A stretch of DNA of 64,000 bases, from assembly GCF_006345805.1 (NCBI RefSeq), contig NC_043013.1:6882001-6946000 (forward strand). The letters run 5' to 3'. The notes below the pieces were generated by a model that did not search any database, was not told where the DNA came from, and was given only the letters and a program-made list of their open reading frames with translations. This DNA comes from Octopus sinensis. Its lineage: Eukaryota. This document shows, one piece after another, positions 38,904 through 54,705 of the stretch; the stretch's first letter is position 1; every line of letters begins with the position of its first letter. Position numbers and translations under genes: made by a program.

Positions 38904-39131
38904 CAGAGAGGGAAAAAGGTTGAAAGAAAGAAAGAAAGACAAAGAGAGAAAGACAGAGAGAGAGCGAGAAAAAAGAAAAGTATGGAATGATGAATGAATG
39001 AAAAATGCAAAGATAGGTATAAAGGTGAGAGAGAGAGAGAGAGAGAGGGAAGAGTACATAGGGTGAATGACGGGGAGAGAAAGAAAGGGAGAGGGAGAGA
39101 GAGAACAGGGATGAAGACATAGAGCGTGAGT

Positions 39132-39180
<49 letters not shown>
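38462..39180. repeat. (TTG)n, (GAAA)n and (GA)n tracts
   Basis: Directly visible. Confidence 0.95.
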
Positions 39181-39181
<1 letters not shown>

Positions 39182-40201
39182 AGAATGTGAAGAATTATAT
39201 CAATAAAAAAGAAATATACGGAGTGAATCAGAAACGAAAGCTATCACCATCCTAGGAATATAATAAAAAATTTATATATAAAAGACAGATAAAAAAATAA
39301 TACATATCAAGGGCAAGAACTCTATATCCTTTCAACCATCAGAGTTCCTCTCCCTGAATATCTCCAAATTTAATATTTTCAGATCTTTCTTGTTATATCT
39401 CAAAAGAAATATTTAATCATTTTATTTGATAACAATTATCTTTTCTATATATCCGTAGAATATATCCACTGGAACACGATTTGTACGTTTGTCTGTTCAT
39501 ATGTATGTTTATGCGTATTGTGCATGTATGTGTGTGTGTGTCCGTGTGTATGAGAGACGGAGAAAAAAGCAGACGAACAGTAATGTTATAAAAGAAAGGC
39601 AGAAATTCAATCTCCATTTATATATAGAATATTTTAAAAAATTCAAATTTACATGTCAAGGGAGACTACTCTAACAACCTTATTTTAGCCTCGAGAGTAA
39701 TTTCCCCTGACTTTAATTATTTCTTAAATGATTTTTCTTAAAATTTTTCATTTCTTTTCTGCCTTTGTAAATTTTTCTTACGTCTAAACTGAAATATTTC
39801 AACAGTTTATCACAACTACATTTTCTATATATCCGTAGTACATCCACTGGAACTATATTTGCCAGACGCACACTTAATTGTAATTGATGAAGAGTACATT
39901 TTTTTAATCTACAAACAGAAGAAGGATACACTACTTTTTGTCTTACCTAAAAACTATTTATACCAAATAATCCGCTAAAATTACCATTTCAATAAACGTG
40001 GACCTTCAATTCATTTCTGCAACAATGTGGCCTAGAAACAGATTTTGAATAAATATATTTTGAATGTAAATAATTGTCATTTATACAGACTTGTGCACGG
40101 TTTACATACGGAAGAGTACGTCGGCAGACACAATAGCGAATTCCACAATAAATCATACGCACACCTAGATACTTCTCATCTCTCTCTCTCTCTCTCTCTC
40201 T

Positions 40202-40238
<37 letters not shown>

Positions 40239-40274
40239 TAATATATATATGTATATGTATGTATATATGTATAT

Positions 40275-40344
<70 letters not shown>

Positions 40345-40425
40345 TATATATGTATGTATATAAATATATATGTATATCTGTATATATTATATATGTGTGT
40401 GTGTATATATATATATATGTATAAG

Positions 40426-40496
<71 letters not shown>

Positions 40497-41378
40497 TATA
40501 CATATACATACATATATGGTCATGTACATTTACACACATATTTAATTTATATTCATTTATATACGCATGCATAACTATTTGTAGACAATTGTACACATTC
40601 ACAGTCACACGCACATTCACAATAAGTAAATAATTATATATATATATATATATACATATATATATGTATATATATATATACGTCGGTATACATATCTTAT
40701 ATAAAATATGTTTCTTTGTGTGTGTGTGTTTGTGATCACGCATATATGTATATATGTGCATCCATCTGTTTCTATGCATATATATAAATATGCATACATG
40801 CAGACATAGATATATACATCCATAGATATATACATGCATATATGCATACATACAGGCATACATAACATACATACATACTTACATACATACATGCATGCAT
40901 GTATAACTACATGCATATATACGTACATGCATGCATGCATACATATGTACACGCATACATACATCCATACATCCATACATACATATTTACGTACATACAT
41001 ATACGCACGCATGAACTCACACACCAACATTTGCATTTTTGTGAACGACAGAGAACCATAGTAGTTGAACAATTATGTAACTTTTATTTTGTATTTGAAC
41101 TGAGATTTTGAAAATTGATCCAGTTTCACAGTTGGTTATCTTTCAGAAGAACTGGAGATTTGCAGAGATTGAATTTCGCGTCGCGAATAATGTTGATGTA
41201 ATTTATATTTATATACGTTTGTATGAAGAAAAATTAAATGTTGTTGTGTGTCTGTATATACATACATACATACATACCTACATATATACATACATTTATG
41301 TATGTATATATGTGTATATGTATACATACATGTATGTATATATGCATGTATATATGTATCTATATATATGTGTGTATA

Positions 41379-41425
<47 letters not shown>

Positions 41426-41491
41426 TATATATAAATGTATATATGTATATTGATGTATGTATATATATATACTTCTATATATAATGTTTAG

Positions 41492-41529
<38 letters not shown>

Positions 41530-41541
41530 CATTATATATAT

Positions 41542-41575
<34 letters not shown>

Positions 41576-41582
41576 TATATGT

Positions 41583-41623
<41 letters not shown>

Positions 41624-41743
41624 GTTTATAAAATTCATATATATGTATATATATATATATATCTGCGAGGCACTGATTAGCCGATGAAATATTTACCCTC
41701 AAATTGTGCGCATATATTTATACAGCAAGGATGATGATGAAGT

Positions 41744-41797
<54 letters not shown>

Positions 41798-41929
41798 CCA
41801 TGGGGATTGTATTTCCAACTTTGGTATAACAATGCCATACAGATATTATTTACTGTCGTTCTTATATATCACAATCTTTTTCATCCTTGGTTCATCCTAT
41901 GAATAATGCTGGTTTTAATACTTGTTTCT

Positions 41930-42790
41930 TTTTATTTTTCAAAACTAAAATAAGTTCTTTTTTAAATCTAAAATTTACTGGCCTTCATTTTCTACAATGC
42001 TCTTCGATCAATCTGGTAGTCTTGCAAAATTTACTTCTTCGTGATGAAAAATACAGCTCCAGTTTTGTTCTGAAGTCGTCTACAGGATTCATATTTTTTC
42101 CGTCCAAATGATTTTTAAATAGAGTGGTTGTATACTGTCAACTTAACGTGGCAGTCCTGTAAGGGAATTACACCACCGCTGTTTAGCCCTTGGAAGCATC
42201 GATGCTTCCTGTCGGCCTTGACACATTTCTTATGTCCTTCTGCGGAATAAATGATAATTAGATGGGGCAATGTCTGGCGAATATAGTAGGAGGGGCACCG
42301 TTCCCCAGTCAAACTGTTCCAGCCTTTAGAATGTTATACTCGCTGTATGTGGCCGAACAGTAACTATCCTGACGTAAGAACACATTTTCGTCTTGAAACC
42401 AATGGTGATCGTTTTCCGATGGCATACAGGTGTCGATGAATGGTTGAATGACTAAACCCACGCATCTCCAATAGTTTCTCAACAGTTATGATGTGATTTT
42501 GTTCCACCATGTTTTGCAGGACGTCCTTGTCGAACTCTACAGATCTTTCGGTACGAGGCTGGTCCATTAGGCTGTAGTTTCCGGCTCAGATGTTCTGGAA
42601 ACACTGTTGACACAGGCTTACTCTTATTGTCCGATCCCCATATACTGCCTTAATATTCCTCACAACTTTCCGTTGCGTTGTTGCCTTTGTTGAACTCATA
42701 AAGCAAAATATGCTGATTATGCTCCTTTGGTACTTCCATTATTGCTTTGTAAAAATAACTGTTAAAATCAAACTGCACTCTTGAAAATTG
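41930..42790 (-). mobile_element. Decayed, internally deleted mariner transposase
   Basis: Minus strand: YEFNKGNNAT, DQPRTERSVEFDKDVLQNMVEQN..GFSHSTIHRHL (HTH), and WGTVPLLLYSPDIAPSNYHLF. Confidence 0.85.
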
Positions 42791-43699
42791 CATTAAGAAT
42801 AAGGACAAGGTAAAATTACTAATCGCTTTTATAGCGAGTTGATGCAGGTAGTTTAACCCGTCCCCCTCTGACTTTTAGTTCATGCAATTGAAAAAACCGC
42901 ATTATTTATGGAATGACCCAATATTACCGTACCGGTAATTTTTCAGCAGTGACCAAGGTTTTCTTTTATGATTATTTGGGATATTATAATTTAATAGATC
43001 ACATTTTTCTATAATGGTAGGATTTGATTTGAACGAATAGAAACAGCTTCTTGGCCTTCAATGATTTATATAGGGGATATTAGGCTGCTATTTCTATCAA
43101 GTTAGTTACCACATATATGCTGTTCCTTCGGCTTGCAATGGTATGACATATGAAGGAATTTTAACTGCTATTTCTACCAGGCCAGATCACTCACTACAGG
43201 CTACTTCGTTTGTTTGCAATTATATGTTATATAAGAGAGATTTAACAGCTTCCCTCGCAGTTTCATAGAGTACACAACATAGGCGGAAATATTGTGTTAA
43301 TGGACCCCAATCGATGAGCTTCGAACAACATTCTCGACTGTTATTTATTTCATCTACCGTTAGAGTGTGACCTACGATGTTTTTGAACAGAAAACGGAAA
43401 TGTGCTGCTTTGTACGTTATTAAAGATCATAATGTATCTTGTCAATTACTTAGTAGTATTTCATTGAACTGAGACAGTGATGTATTTGAAGATCAGTCGT
43501 TTAATAAAATACCTTAGACATCAACTGCATTATGATGTTTAAGGCGCAGGCGTGGCCGTGTGGTAAGAAGCATGCTTCCCAACCATATTGTTCCAAGTTC
43601 AGGCCCACTGCGTGACACCTTGGGCAAGTGTCTTCTACAGTAGTCATAGGCCGACCAAAACCTTGTTAGAGGATTTGGTAGACGAAAACTGAAAGAAGC

Positions 43700-43749
<50 letters not shown>

Positions 43750-45434
43750 CAAGGACAGACAAACGGATTAAGTCGATTATATTGACGCCAGTGCATAACT
43801 GGTACTTAATTTATCGACCCCGAGAGGATGAAAGTCGACCTCGGCGGGATTTGAACACAGAACGTAACGGCAGACGAAATACGGCTACGCATTTCGCCCG
43901 GTGTGCTAACGTTTCTGCCAGCTCGTCGCCTTAATTTAAGAATTATTATTGTCGTTGTCAAGATAGAAAGCAGGCAGAATCGTTAGCACATCGGGGGCAA
44001 AATGCTTAGCAGCAATTCTTCCGAATCTTTACGGTATAATTTCAAACTCTGGCGAGCTCTACATAACTTCGTTTTGGTACCGGGGTCCATAAATAATGAG
44101 TCAAGCACTGGAGTCGAGGTAATCGAATTCCCATTCCTTCAAAGTTTATGTATTTGTGCCAAATTTAGAAAGAATTACTATTATTGCTGCTTGTGTTGTT
44201 GTTGTTGTTGTTTTTGTTGTTGTTGTTGTCGTTGTCATTGTTGTTGTTGTTGTTGTTGTTAAGGTGGCGGGCTGGCAAGACCGTTGCTACGCTGGGCTCT
44301 GCACGCTTTGACTTCAAATTCTGCTGAGGTCGTCTCTACCTTTCATCTTTTAGGGGGTCGATAAAATAAGTACCAGTTAAACCTTGGGGTCGAAGTAATA
44401 TACTTACCCCTCCCCCGAAATTACTAGCCTTGAACCAAACATTGCAGCCATTACTGTTGTTAAAGATGGGTTGGCAAGATCTTTGGAGCGTCGGACAAAA
44501 TGCTTTGGGTTATTTATTCTAGATGTTTACCTTCTGAATTCATATACCACCCAACCGAACTTTGTCTTTCATCTCTTCGGCGCCGATGCTATTTATTCTC
44601 CTTTGTCTCTCGGGGGCCAATGATACATAACCCTCTTCCGATAAAATGGCTGGCCTTGTGCCAAAATTAGAAATCATTATTAATATTGTTGTATAATGCA
44701 GGATGAATGGTACGCTTGCAGAATCGGTTGAACCTTGGCCAAATATTTTAGCATTCTGTCTTTAAATAACGCAATGGTTGACTTCATTTTCCATTGTTAC
44801 TGTGGTCGACAAGATATAGTTGATAAGGGTAGAGAGAGCAATGTATTGGTAAATTCAGTAGGACAATCGCTTGCAGTACTTAAGGCATGTTACGTTCAAC
44901 CATCCAAATCTTTTTCTAGGCATCAATAAAAATAATAATAATATACCAATCATACACTGAAGACGAACACGATCCCCCGATCTCATTCTCCAGAAATGTG
45001 TTACATTGTACCTAAATTATCGAGGTTCCTAATGCATATACCTGATTACTTCATAGTATTTGGTTAGATTCATTTTTACCTTCAGAGTTTAAACTCATCT
45101 AGGGATGATCGATAAGACGTGGAGCTAGGGAGGGGTGGGACTATCGATCAACCAATCGAAACAAGGAAGCCATGTTTCCATTGTTTATTTCCGGGTCTTT
45201 TATTTTCCCTTCAAATTTTGGATAATTTCTGGTGGTTGCAACTCTGACAGAAATTATTTTTTTTTTTTTACAATTTGTGATGAGGGCAGAGTTGAAACTC
45301 AGAATGCGTAGAAGCAGGAAAAATACCACATACCATCTCCTCCGATATTCTAACTATTCCGCCAACCCGAACTATTAACCCCGCTTTGGTACTTTTTCAT
45401 TGGTCCTGAAAGGATGGAAGACAAAGTCGATATC

Positions 45435-45800
45435 GTGGCACTCCGTCGGTTACGACGACGAGGGTTCCAGTTGATCCAATCAACGGAACAGCCTGTTCGT
45501 GAAACTAATGTGTAAGTGGCTGAGTACTCCGCAGACACGTGTACCCTTAACGTAATTCTCGGGGAGATTCAGCGTGATACATTGTGTGACAAGGCTGGCC
45601 CTTGAAACAGAAACAGAAACAGAAAGAACGAGTGAGAGAAATTTGTGGTGAAAGAGTACAGCAGGGTTTGCCACTGCCCTCTGCCGGAGCCTCGTGGAAC
45701 TTTAGGTGTTTTTCCTCAATAAAAACTCACAACGCCGGGTCTGGGAATCGAAACCGCGATCCCACGATTGCGATTCCGTTGACCTAACCACTGGGTCACT
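45435..45800 (-). mobile_element. SINE family A, older diverged copy
   Basis: Homologous to 34923-35314 with more substitutions. Confidence 0.85.
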
Positions 45801-46090
45801 TCGCCTTCCCGAAAGTTAGCATATTTGTAATTTAAACTCATTGCACAGAGAGTCGGAATATATAACACGCTACAAATATCCTGCAGTCTAACAACTCTAT
45901 CAATTCGTCGGATCGATAATTGTTTTTTTTTAAGTAATATTGGCATTATTTAACCACAGGTCACACCAGACTGTGCTGACATCTGATCATATAAGTTTCA
46001 ATAACGATCTTGTGTTTTTAAGGTGCAACGTTTACGACTTTGGGTGGGCCTATGAAATCTCCTCCATAACAAACTATATAAAAAAATATA

Positions 46091-46227
46091 AGGTTGTCCC
46101 AAAAGTTCGTAGAAAGTCTTGGAAAATAATGGTCTTTATTTTGAGGAATAATTTTTGTTGTTTTTGTTAGTACTTGGCGAGTAAAAATTCAATTTTCGCA
46201 AGTGTTTACGAACTTTTGGGACAACCT
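46091..46227. mobile_element. ~140-bp mariner-type MITE
   Basis: Perfect 21-bp TIR AGGTTGTCCCAAAAGTTCGTA, resembling the 5878 mariner TIR. Confidence 0.8.
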
Positions 46228-46909
46228 AATGATAAAATTTATCGTGACACTCCGTCGGTTACGACAACGAGGGTTCCAGTTATTTGAGATAACCTTATTC
46301 TAGATACACCTCACTCATCCGTTCTAAGACTGTAGAATGTACTTTACGGGACACGACTTTGTTATATCTTGCAGGTTGAGCGATCAAGCAAAGCTTCGCA
46401 TCATCCGCTCTGTGCCTCATAAATCAACTTTCACAAGTCTGGTTTGACGGCGTTTGTGTAGTCTTCTGATAATGTACACAATAACTAATATATTTTTCAA
46501 CGTACCTGAACTAAATATGCTTTCATAAATAATTTGACATTTACAGCTTTGAGCACTTCATTAGCGTATTTATTTGTCATTCATTAAGAGTATTTGCTTT
46601 TCTGAGTGTGGTTACTCACCACCTTTCAAATTCGCCAAACAAGCGATGTGTGTGTGTTTGTGTTGGAAGGCGTTATGGTTGTTTCACATTTTTGGTACAA
46701 TGTCAGTAATTTTAACGGGAATAAACAAGCCGACTACATCAGCGCCGGTTACGTGACTAGTATTTTATTTTACCGAAACCAGAAAGGTGAAGGGCAAAGT
46801 TGGCCACAGCAGTATTTGAACTCACAAAGTAAAGAAATGGAAGGAAAGATGCTAAATATTCTGTCCGACAAGCTAACGATTCTGCCAGCTCGTCGCCTAT
46901 TTTTCTATG

Positions 46910-46946
<37 letters not shown>

Positions 46947-46972
46947 CAATAATAATAATAATAATAATAATA

Positions 46973-47004
<32 letters not shown>

Positions 47005-47143
47005 TTTCTTTCTACTTTTGGCACAAGGCTTGAAATTTGGAGTGAGAGATTTAGTCAATTTCCCACATTAACGACAAATTCCTTCATACGTTTATATCAA
47101 GAGGAATGGAAGAACGACACGATACTAGTTTAACACACACACA

Positions 47144-47177
<34 letters not shown>

Positions 47178-47838
47178 CATATACATTCTACCTTTCGAAA
47201 ACAACTTTTTAAATAAATTTATGCACACATATATCTACATAAATATTCTGCATTCGGAAGTGAGCTTTTAAAAATAAATATATTTAAAATATCGATTTCC
47301 ACATCAATAACTTTAACAAGAAAGCACCTATCTATAGGGTTTAGGAAATTGCTAAACATAGTAGCCAATTCCCCAACAACAAACATCCTACTGTCTCAGA
47401 AAAATATAAGAACTGTAATATAAATGATTGCTTAGATAAGTCAGATGTGATGAGTGGATATTCCTCTAAAACGACAAGTTTTTATTGTATCAAAACAATA
47501 CATGTACACTCAGTTTTCACACACGCACTGACACACACAAGCTCACACATATACAAAGAAGCGCGCACATGCATATCTGTATATCTATATATAAAATATG
47601 CATGTATATACATATATATACATACACATATATAACATATATGAGTATATATATATATATAATATATATATATATATAATATATATATACATAAAACACT
47701 TAGAAGTATATGTATGTATGCATGTATGTATATATATGTTCATATAATCATATATATGTGTGTGTGTGTGTGTTTGTGCATGTGCGTTCATACATATTAT
47801 ATATATATAAGTATGTATATATTATATATATATGTATA

Positions 47839-47880
<42 letters not shown>

Positions 47881-48368
47881 ATATAATATATATATATATA
47901 TGGATTAGACATGGCGAGACTAATAATCTGGTGTAGCACTCAATATACGCATGTTTCCGAACAAAGTGCTAGATGAGTATAAGAAAACGTGGTGACACAG
48001 GAAAAACAATGGTTATGTTCTGAAATTCATTAGATTACACCCGTCTCTGCCATAAGATGCAGTGGATTCCTAGTTGAGCGGATGAATAACATCCCAGAGC
48101 TTCATCGGTGCCTCGAATAGATATGCGTATATATATATATATATACATATATATGCATGTATAAGTGTGTGTAAGATGTATAAATATATGAGTGTGTGTG
48201 TGTGTTTGTGTTACGTTTGTGTGAATACCAAGACAGCGACAACACCGACACCAGTTTTTAAAACTCAACTCTTACATACTTATACAATACATATGCACAT
48301 ATAGATATACAAGCAGACAGGAATACACACTCACACACACATACAAACACACGCACATATATATATAT

Positions 48369-48434
<66 letters not shown>

Positions 48435-48488
48435 GTAATATAAATAAATATATATATATACGTATATATACATACATTCATACATACA

Positions 48489-48560
<72 letters not shown>

Positions 48561-48724
48561 TGTGTGTAATTTGAGTACAGGACATCCCAAAGAATAGACA
48601 ACATGAAATACGAGAACAAATGAATTCAAACGGAAACAACAAGCGAAACAAATGAAAAAACACAAGTAACATATAAAGAACGGCCCTACTTATCCACAAA
48701 CACACAGACCAAACACACACACAC

Positions 48725-48810
<86 letters not shown>

Positions 48811-49113
48811 CGAGGGGTATATGAATAGTCTTGAGCCTCAAACAAAATAAAATGGTAAAAGACTTCAAGACTTCAAGACTTAAGACTATGTGTATATGCT
48901 AGAATGTTTTTTTCAGACGAATTGTCGACAAATTTCTTTTCCCGTTGGCTGAACCAAACTCTGCCTTTATATTATGTTATACGATGTTATATATATTATA
49001 CCATATTATATTGTATGCATTATAACAATATACAGTCATGTTTTCATATATGTGTATATAAACACACACATCCATATATATATATTCATATATGTGTATA
49101 TATATATATATAT

Positions 49114-49145
<32 letters not shown>

Positions 49146-49429
49146 GTTCATATATACACATATATATGTATTCATATATATTCTGCCTTTTGAAATGAAC
49201 TTTTTGAATAAATATATTTAAAGTGTCGATTTTCACATCATGAATACAACACAACTGCTATGACACCACGACACATAACGAAATGCTATGGCCCATGCTG
49301 CAGCACCATACTGTCATTCACCGCTTGTTACACACCACCATAACTACTACCACACACACACATGCACACACGCACACACACGCACACCACAATCCCATCC
49401 ACCACTCAGTACCATTCCGACACTAAACG

Positions 49430-49464
49430 CTGCTGCTACTACTATTACTACTACTACTACTACT

Positions 49465-49512
<48 letters not shown>

Positions 49513-50557
49513 CACTACTACTACTACTACTATTTCACGAAACAAAACTCCGACGTACTACAACCACAGTCCTCCGCCGTACGTTACCACCACTAGACCT
49601 TACCCCACTCTACAAAGCACTATCCGAGCCAATAAGGGAGCCTTTTTTGTGTAGCCACTGGATCCGTTAGAATTAACAGCCAAGTCTCCCTCATAAATAT
49701 CCTTTAGCTTAGCGGAAAAAGTCGTGATGGCCACGGCTGAAATACCTTTGATCATAGGTGTTTTTTTTAACTACGCGACCGCCACCACTGCACACACACA
49801 CATCAACCCGTCTTTACACACGGCCACGCACTAGTGCACAATGCTGTCATAGAAAAGCTATCATCACGGAAGCGTAACTACAGGACTTCAGTTAAGTCAA
49901 CATTACAGCACACAACCACTACACACACTACTACCACAACAGCACCTGCTGCCATCACAACCACAACAAACTACAACCACCACACCACTACAATTACCGC
50001 TATATCCCACGTCATAACCACTATTAACACAATCACCACTACACTCAGTACTACAACATTTACTGCAATCACGCTACAATCAGCAATACAGTCACTAAAC
50101 CACAACTACATCCACCACTACAACAATTACTACCACCACCGATAACGTCACAACCACTATCATCGCCACCACTACCAAAACCACAACCACCACAACCACA
50201 ATCAACACAACCACAACCCCTACAAACCCAACCACCACAAACACAATAACCACCGCAAAGTCCACCACCCATACAACCACACTACGACAACAACCGCTAA
50301 ACTACCACAAGACAACTACCATCAAATCCACCACTACATAACCATACTACGACTAACACTACAATTTATAGTGCAACACTAACCCAGACCACCATTTAAC
50401 AATACTGCCACCAACACTGCAATCAATACAACTACCGCGCCACAACCGCAAGCAATAGAACCAATACTACAACCAACACATCGACTACCACCAAATCTAC
50501 AACCCTATAGCCACCACACGAGAACAACAGCAACAACAACAACAACAACAACAACTT

Positions 50558-50596
<39 letters not shown>

Positions 50597-50943
50597 TACT
50601 ACTACTACTACTACTACTACTACTAGTGTTGCTGCTATTACAATCAGCACATCAGAATCCCCACTAAAATACCACTGCAACAACTACAACTACGACTACA
50701 ACTACCAGATTTAAACAACCGCTCCAATAACCACAACAATCACTACCAACACCACCGCAACAACAAGTACTACTACTACTACTACTACTACTACTACAGG
50801 TACCACTGCACCTACAATAACCGACACATGACAGTTTATTTTTGTAAAAAAAAAAAAGAATTTGTGAAAATATTGAAAATAAAAGACAATCGATATCTTC
50901 GTTGATTTTGTTGTTATTGTAAATTCCAGTAGAATTGCTGTTG

Positions 50944-51002
<59 letters not shown>

Positions 51003-51152
51003 GTGATGGTGATGGTGATGATGATGATGATGGTGGTGATGGTGGTGGTGATGAGGATGATGATGATGGTGATGATGATGGTGATGATGATGATGATGAT
51101 GATGATGACTACGACGATGGTGGTGGTGGTGGTGGTGGTGGTAGTGGTGGTG
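49430..51152. repeat. Long degenerate trinucleotide region (ACT/ACC/ACA, then GAT/GGT)
   Basis: Directly visible; source of Thr-rich and His-rich ORFs. Confidence 0.9.
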
Positions 51153-51157
51153 TGATG

Positions 51158-52974
51158 CAGGGATGCTACTAATGGGTTTTTCCACCCAGATCTGTTTTTT
51201 GGGGGTTGGGATGATGGGTTTATGGGTTTTAATTTCCAAATTTACAATAAATCTGGGTGTTTAAGTTTATAAAAATCGAATGTCACTTCAATCATCGCCT
51301 GAGGTTTGAAACCTCCATCTCAGAATTACTGGTCGTACTTTCACCCGCGCCAATTCAGTTTGCGGCGGGAAGAACTTCTTTGTCCTGTCAACTGAAGCAA
51401 TGATTGATGAGCTTTTAATGACCATCTAGGTGAAATTAAGTTCAGATGAACCGGGTCTAATCTGAATATTTAGCTAAGGTTTGTCCATCTTTCTAGCGAC
51501 TGCAGTCTGTTATAAATACGACCAACCAACCAGCCAGCCAAAGGAGCCATTTCCCTGCTTGCGATTGTGACAGCCTTTTGCAGAGGGTTTTCTCCCCCAA
51601 TCATTTACTTCTCACTGACATTCATCTTTCTCACACTTGATTAATCTATCTAATTGTCATGCCTACCATATTTACAGATTACCATAAATATCACATCTGT
51701 CACACATCCTTTCCTCAGTAGTAATTTCACAAGGCTAAGTTAGATTGTCGACAAATGCATACAGTTAGAATTATATGTTGATTTCCATCGATCCGACGTG
51801 GTTGCTTTATAATTGCAAAAGTAACCGAAATAAATCATGTTTGAATCATCGTCTTTGAATTACACACTTTTCAACAAGAAGACATACAATACAAGAATCA
51901 TCATCAGTTACATCCGATAACTTGATTATCGTCAGATTTTTGGGGCCTCTTCGTTACAAGTTAGTTTTGGCTGCAAACTTATCTTTTAAAGAGAATTCGG
52001 TGTCATACACTTTTTATGCAATCTGTACCAAAGTTGCGCTTCTAATACTTCGTAAACTTTCTATATATCATCCATAATCATTTCACGTTATGAATTTGTT
52101 GTGTGGACGCCCCCAGACGATGAAGTAGACTAGCCCAATAAGTAGATATAGAGGGAGAAGTCTAGACGTCAGAGTGGAAGCACTCCGTCGGTTACGACGA
52201 CGAGGGTCCCGGTTGATACGAATCAACGGAACAGCCTGCTCGTGAAATTAACGTGTATATGGCTGAGCACTCCACAGACACGTGTACCCTTAACGTAGTT
52301 CTCGGGGATATTCAGCGTGACACAGAGAGTGACAAGGCCGGCCCTTTGAAATACAAGGTACAACAGAAACAGGAAGTAAGAGTGAGAGAAAGTTGTGGTG
52401 AGAGAGTACAGCAGGGATCACCACCATCCCCTGCCGGAGCCTCGTGGAGCTTTAGGTGTTTTCGCTCAATAAACACTCACAAAGCCTGGTCTTCAAACTT
52501 TCTAGCAATTGCACCAGGAAAAACACTCGATGAACTAAACGATGAGTGGAGATTATTTCGACAATATAAAGATTACTGTTTCATCAAAATGTATCCCTGA
52601 ATTCTGGTATTCTATACGCAATCTTAAAGACGGGCTTGACTACTCTAAATTTTAGAGGCTGTCACAATTCACGACAAATTAAACGGTGTTACCTCATTCA
52701 TCAGCGTGCGTGGAGTGCACAAAGACAAAGTTTCCTAATAGGTCTACTCGCTAAACAAGTAATTACAAGAAAGGGAGCGTCACACATTTCTTGAAATTGG
52801 TAATTAGCTGCCATATGATATAAAGTAAGTATCAAATTCTGTATTCATTTTGTCATATTTTACCATCAAATTACTAATTATATACCTATTTTCTAACATC
52901 TGGGTTTATAAAATAGAATCTGGATTTTTTGCAGAAAGTTATCTGGGTGTTTAATTTGATGAGTGGCAACCCTG
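51158..52974 (+). mobile_element. Decayed hAT transposon with a nested family-A SINE (~52175-52480)
   Basis: TIRs CAGGGATGCTA / CAGGGTTGCCA (9/11) and degenerate 8-bp TSD GTGTGATG / GTCTAATG. Remnants PEFWYSIRNLKDG and VLPHSSACVE match the hAT dimerisation domain. Confidence 0.8.
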
Positions 52975-53049
52975 GTCTAATGGTGTTTCTGGTAGTTTGG
53001 GACCTCCAAGACTCTGACAGCTACGGATTTAAGAAATACTTGACGCAAG

Positions 53050-53410
53050 ATACGTGTGAAACCTGAACAAACAAGCAAAGCCACTTTCACCGCCTCCGGA
53101 CTTCCTCATGTACCGAAAACCACTAGAAACCACATCCTAGGGACCATGACTTCCGTACGAGAACACATGAAACTGCCTCTTTTAAAGCCCCGTCACAAGA
53201 GTTTGAGGTTTCAATGGGCCCAAAAGTACAGGAGTTGCGTTCTTGGTCTATTTTGGAGATGAGGATCATCAACGTTTATGACATCACCAACAGAGGGAGG
53301 AGTCATGCTGTGGGCTGGTATCATTGGAGAGAAACTTGTTGGCCCTGTCAGGGTGCCTGAAAAGGTTAACGTGAGCGCAACCACCTACTGCAATCTTCTC
53401 AACGGCACCA
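53050..53410 (+). mobile_element. Tc1-family transposase fragment
   Basis: PLLKPRHKSLRFQWAQKY and GGVMLWAGIIGEKLVGPVRVPEKV. Confidence 0.75.
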
Positions 53411-54318
53411 TTGAAATTAGGCATCGTTTGCTAGACCAATTGGTTTTCAGAGTTCGCTCAATATTCTTTTAGCCATTGCTATCCGTCTGTTTTTAACCCA
53501 ATCCAATGGCTTACTTTTTCCACTGTAATCTGGATACCACTTATAGTGGTATTTGCTTCACGACGAGTTAGGCCTAATGATAACAACAGTTGCCTTACAA
53601 TGTGTCCAACGAATCTTATATATCTATATATATAAGACTTACCTTGTGTGTCTGTGTGTGTCTGTGTGTTTAACTTCCTGGCACCTCTCCTCCTAGCCAA
53701 CAAATCGTAGAACCACCAAAAATGAGTCACTTAAAGTTTAGGCAAATGAAAATTGAACTGCGCTATTTCTGTTCCGAAATTCATCTCGCAAGTGCAAAAA
53801 TCGATAATGTGTTTGTTTAGGCCTTATCCCATGCATTGAATAGTGAACTTTACTCAGTCAGCTGTTTGACGTGAACTGTATTCACCACGCGTGCAAGCAT
53901 GCGTAAATTGCATGAAAAATAAAAAATCAAGATATAAAAACGAATCGCCGTAAACATTGTAGAAATTCGGCAAAGAAATGAATATTTGGGATGTAGCCTG
54001 AAGGGTTTTTTCGTATTAATCGTGAACACATACAAATTGTTTTCATAACATTTTTAACGCTTTGAATTAAATGTGACCATTTTGCGTTGAGTCTGCAGTT
54101 TGAATCACTTTAACCAAACTTTAGCTGACCGGATTTTTGATCATCACGATACATCGCCAGCGACTCCCTGAAACTCTCCCCTGAAATCCCCGTTGAGAAA
54201 TCCATATATATAAAACTCAACTTGTGTGTCTGTGTGTGTCTCTGTGTGTGTGTCTGTGTGTTTAACTTTTGGATCTACCAAGTTTCATTATTAAGGATGG
54301 AAAGTAGTGTGTAGCAAA

Positions 54319-54705
54319 TCTATATATATAAAGCTGAAGTTGTCTGTGTGTGGCAGGTTTGGTAGCCTTCAACTAACACTATCTCCTTCGAGACCTTGCA
54401 GCGCAAGTTGACCAAAATTGAAAGTATGATAGAAGAAGGCTAGCTCTTCATTCTGTAGAAGATAAAATTCAAATCGGACCATGTCAACACCAAGAATTAT
54501 TTACATCAAAAAGGTGCTTTTTTTATGAAAATCCCTATTTTTTACGATTTTTGACTGCTGTGTCACCATTTTTCGGTGTATTTCAACTGGAAAAATGTTC
54601 ACTTGAAGAGAATAACAAGTTGCATAATGCAAAATTTTTACTTTTCAAAAATTCCAATTCTAAAGGGTCGAAACAAACCCAAGCAACACCGGATGATACT
54701 GCTAG
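54319..54705 (+). mobile_element. Non-autonomous Helitron
   Basis: 5' A|TCTATATATATAAAGC and 3' CCCAAGCAACACCGG-ATGATACTG-CTAG|T (decayed hairpin plus CTAG) in an AT target. Confidence 0.85.

Noticed and set aside
39441-39870. Repeated ~45-bp motif with an acceptor-like end and a possible 24-nt microexon
   Set aside because: Lies downstream of the stop codon, and the second copy lacks a donor.
48070-48115. Hammerhead-like CCGAUGAAG followed by a hairpin on the minus strand (similar trace at ~29425-29450)
   Set aside because: The GAAA core or the CUGANGA core is missing; too decayed to count.
49834-51239. Mucin-like Thr-rich and His-rich ORFs
   Set aside because: Degenerate trinucleotide repeats with frame breaks and no splice support.
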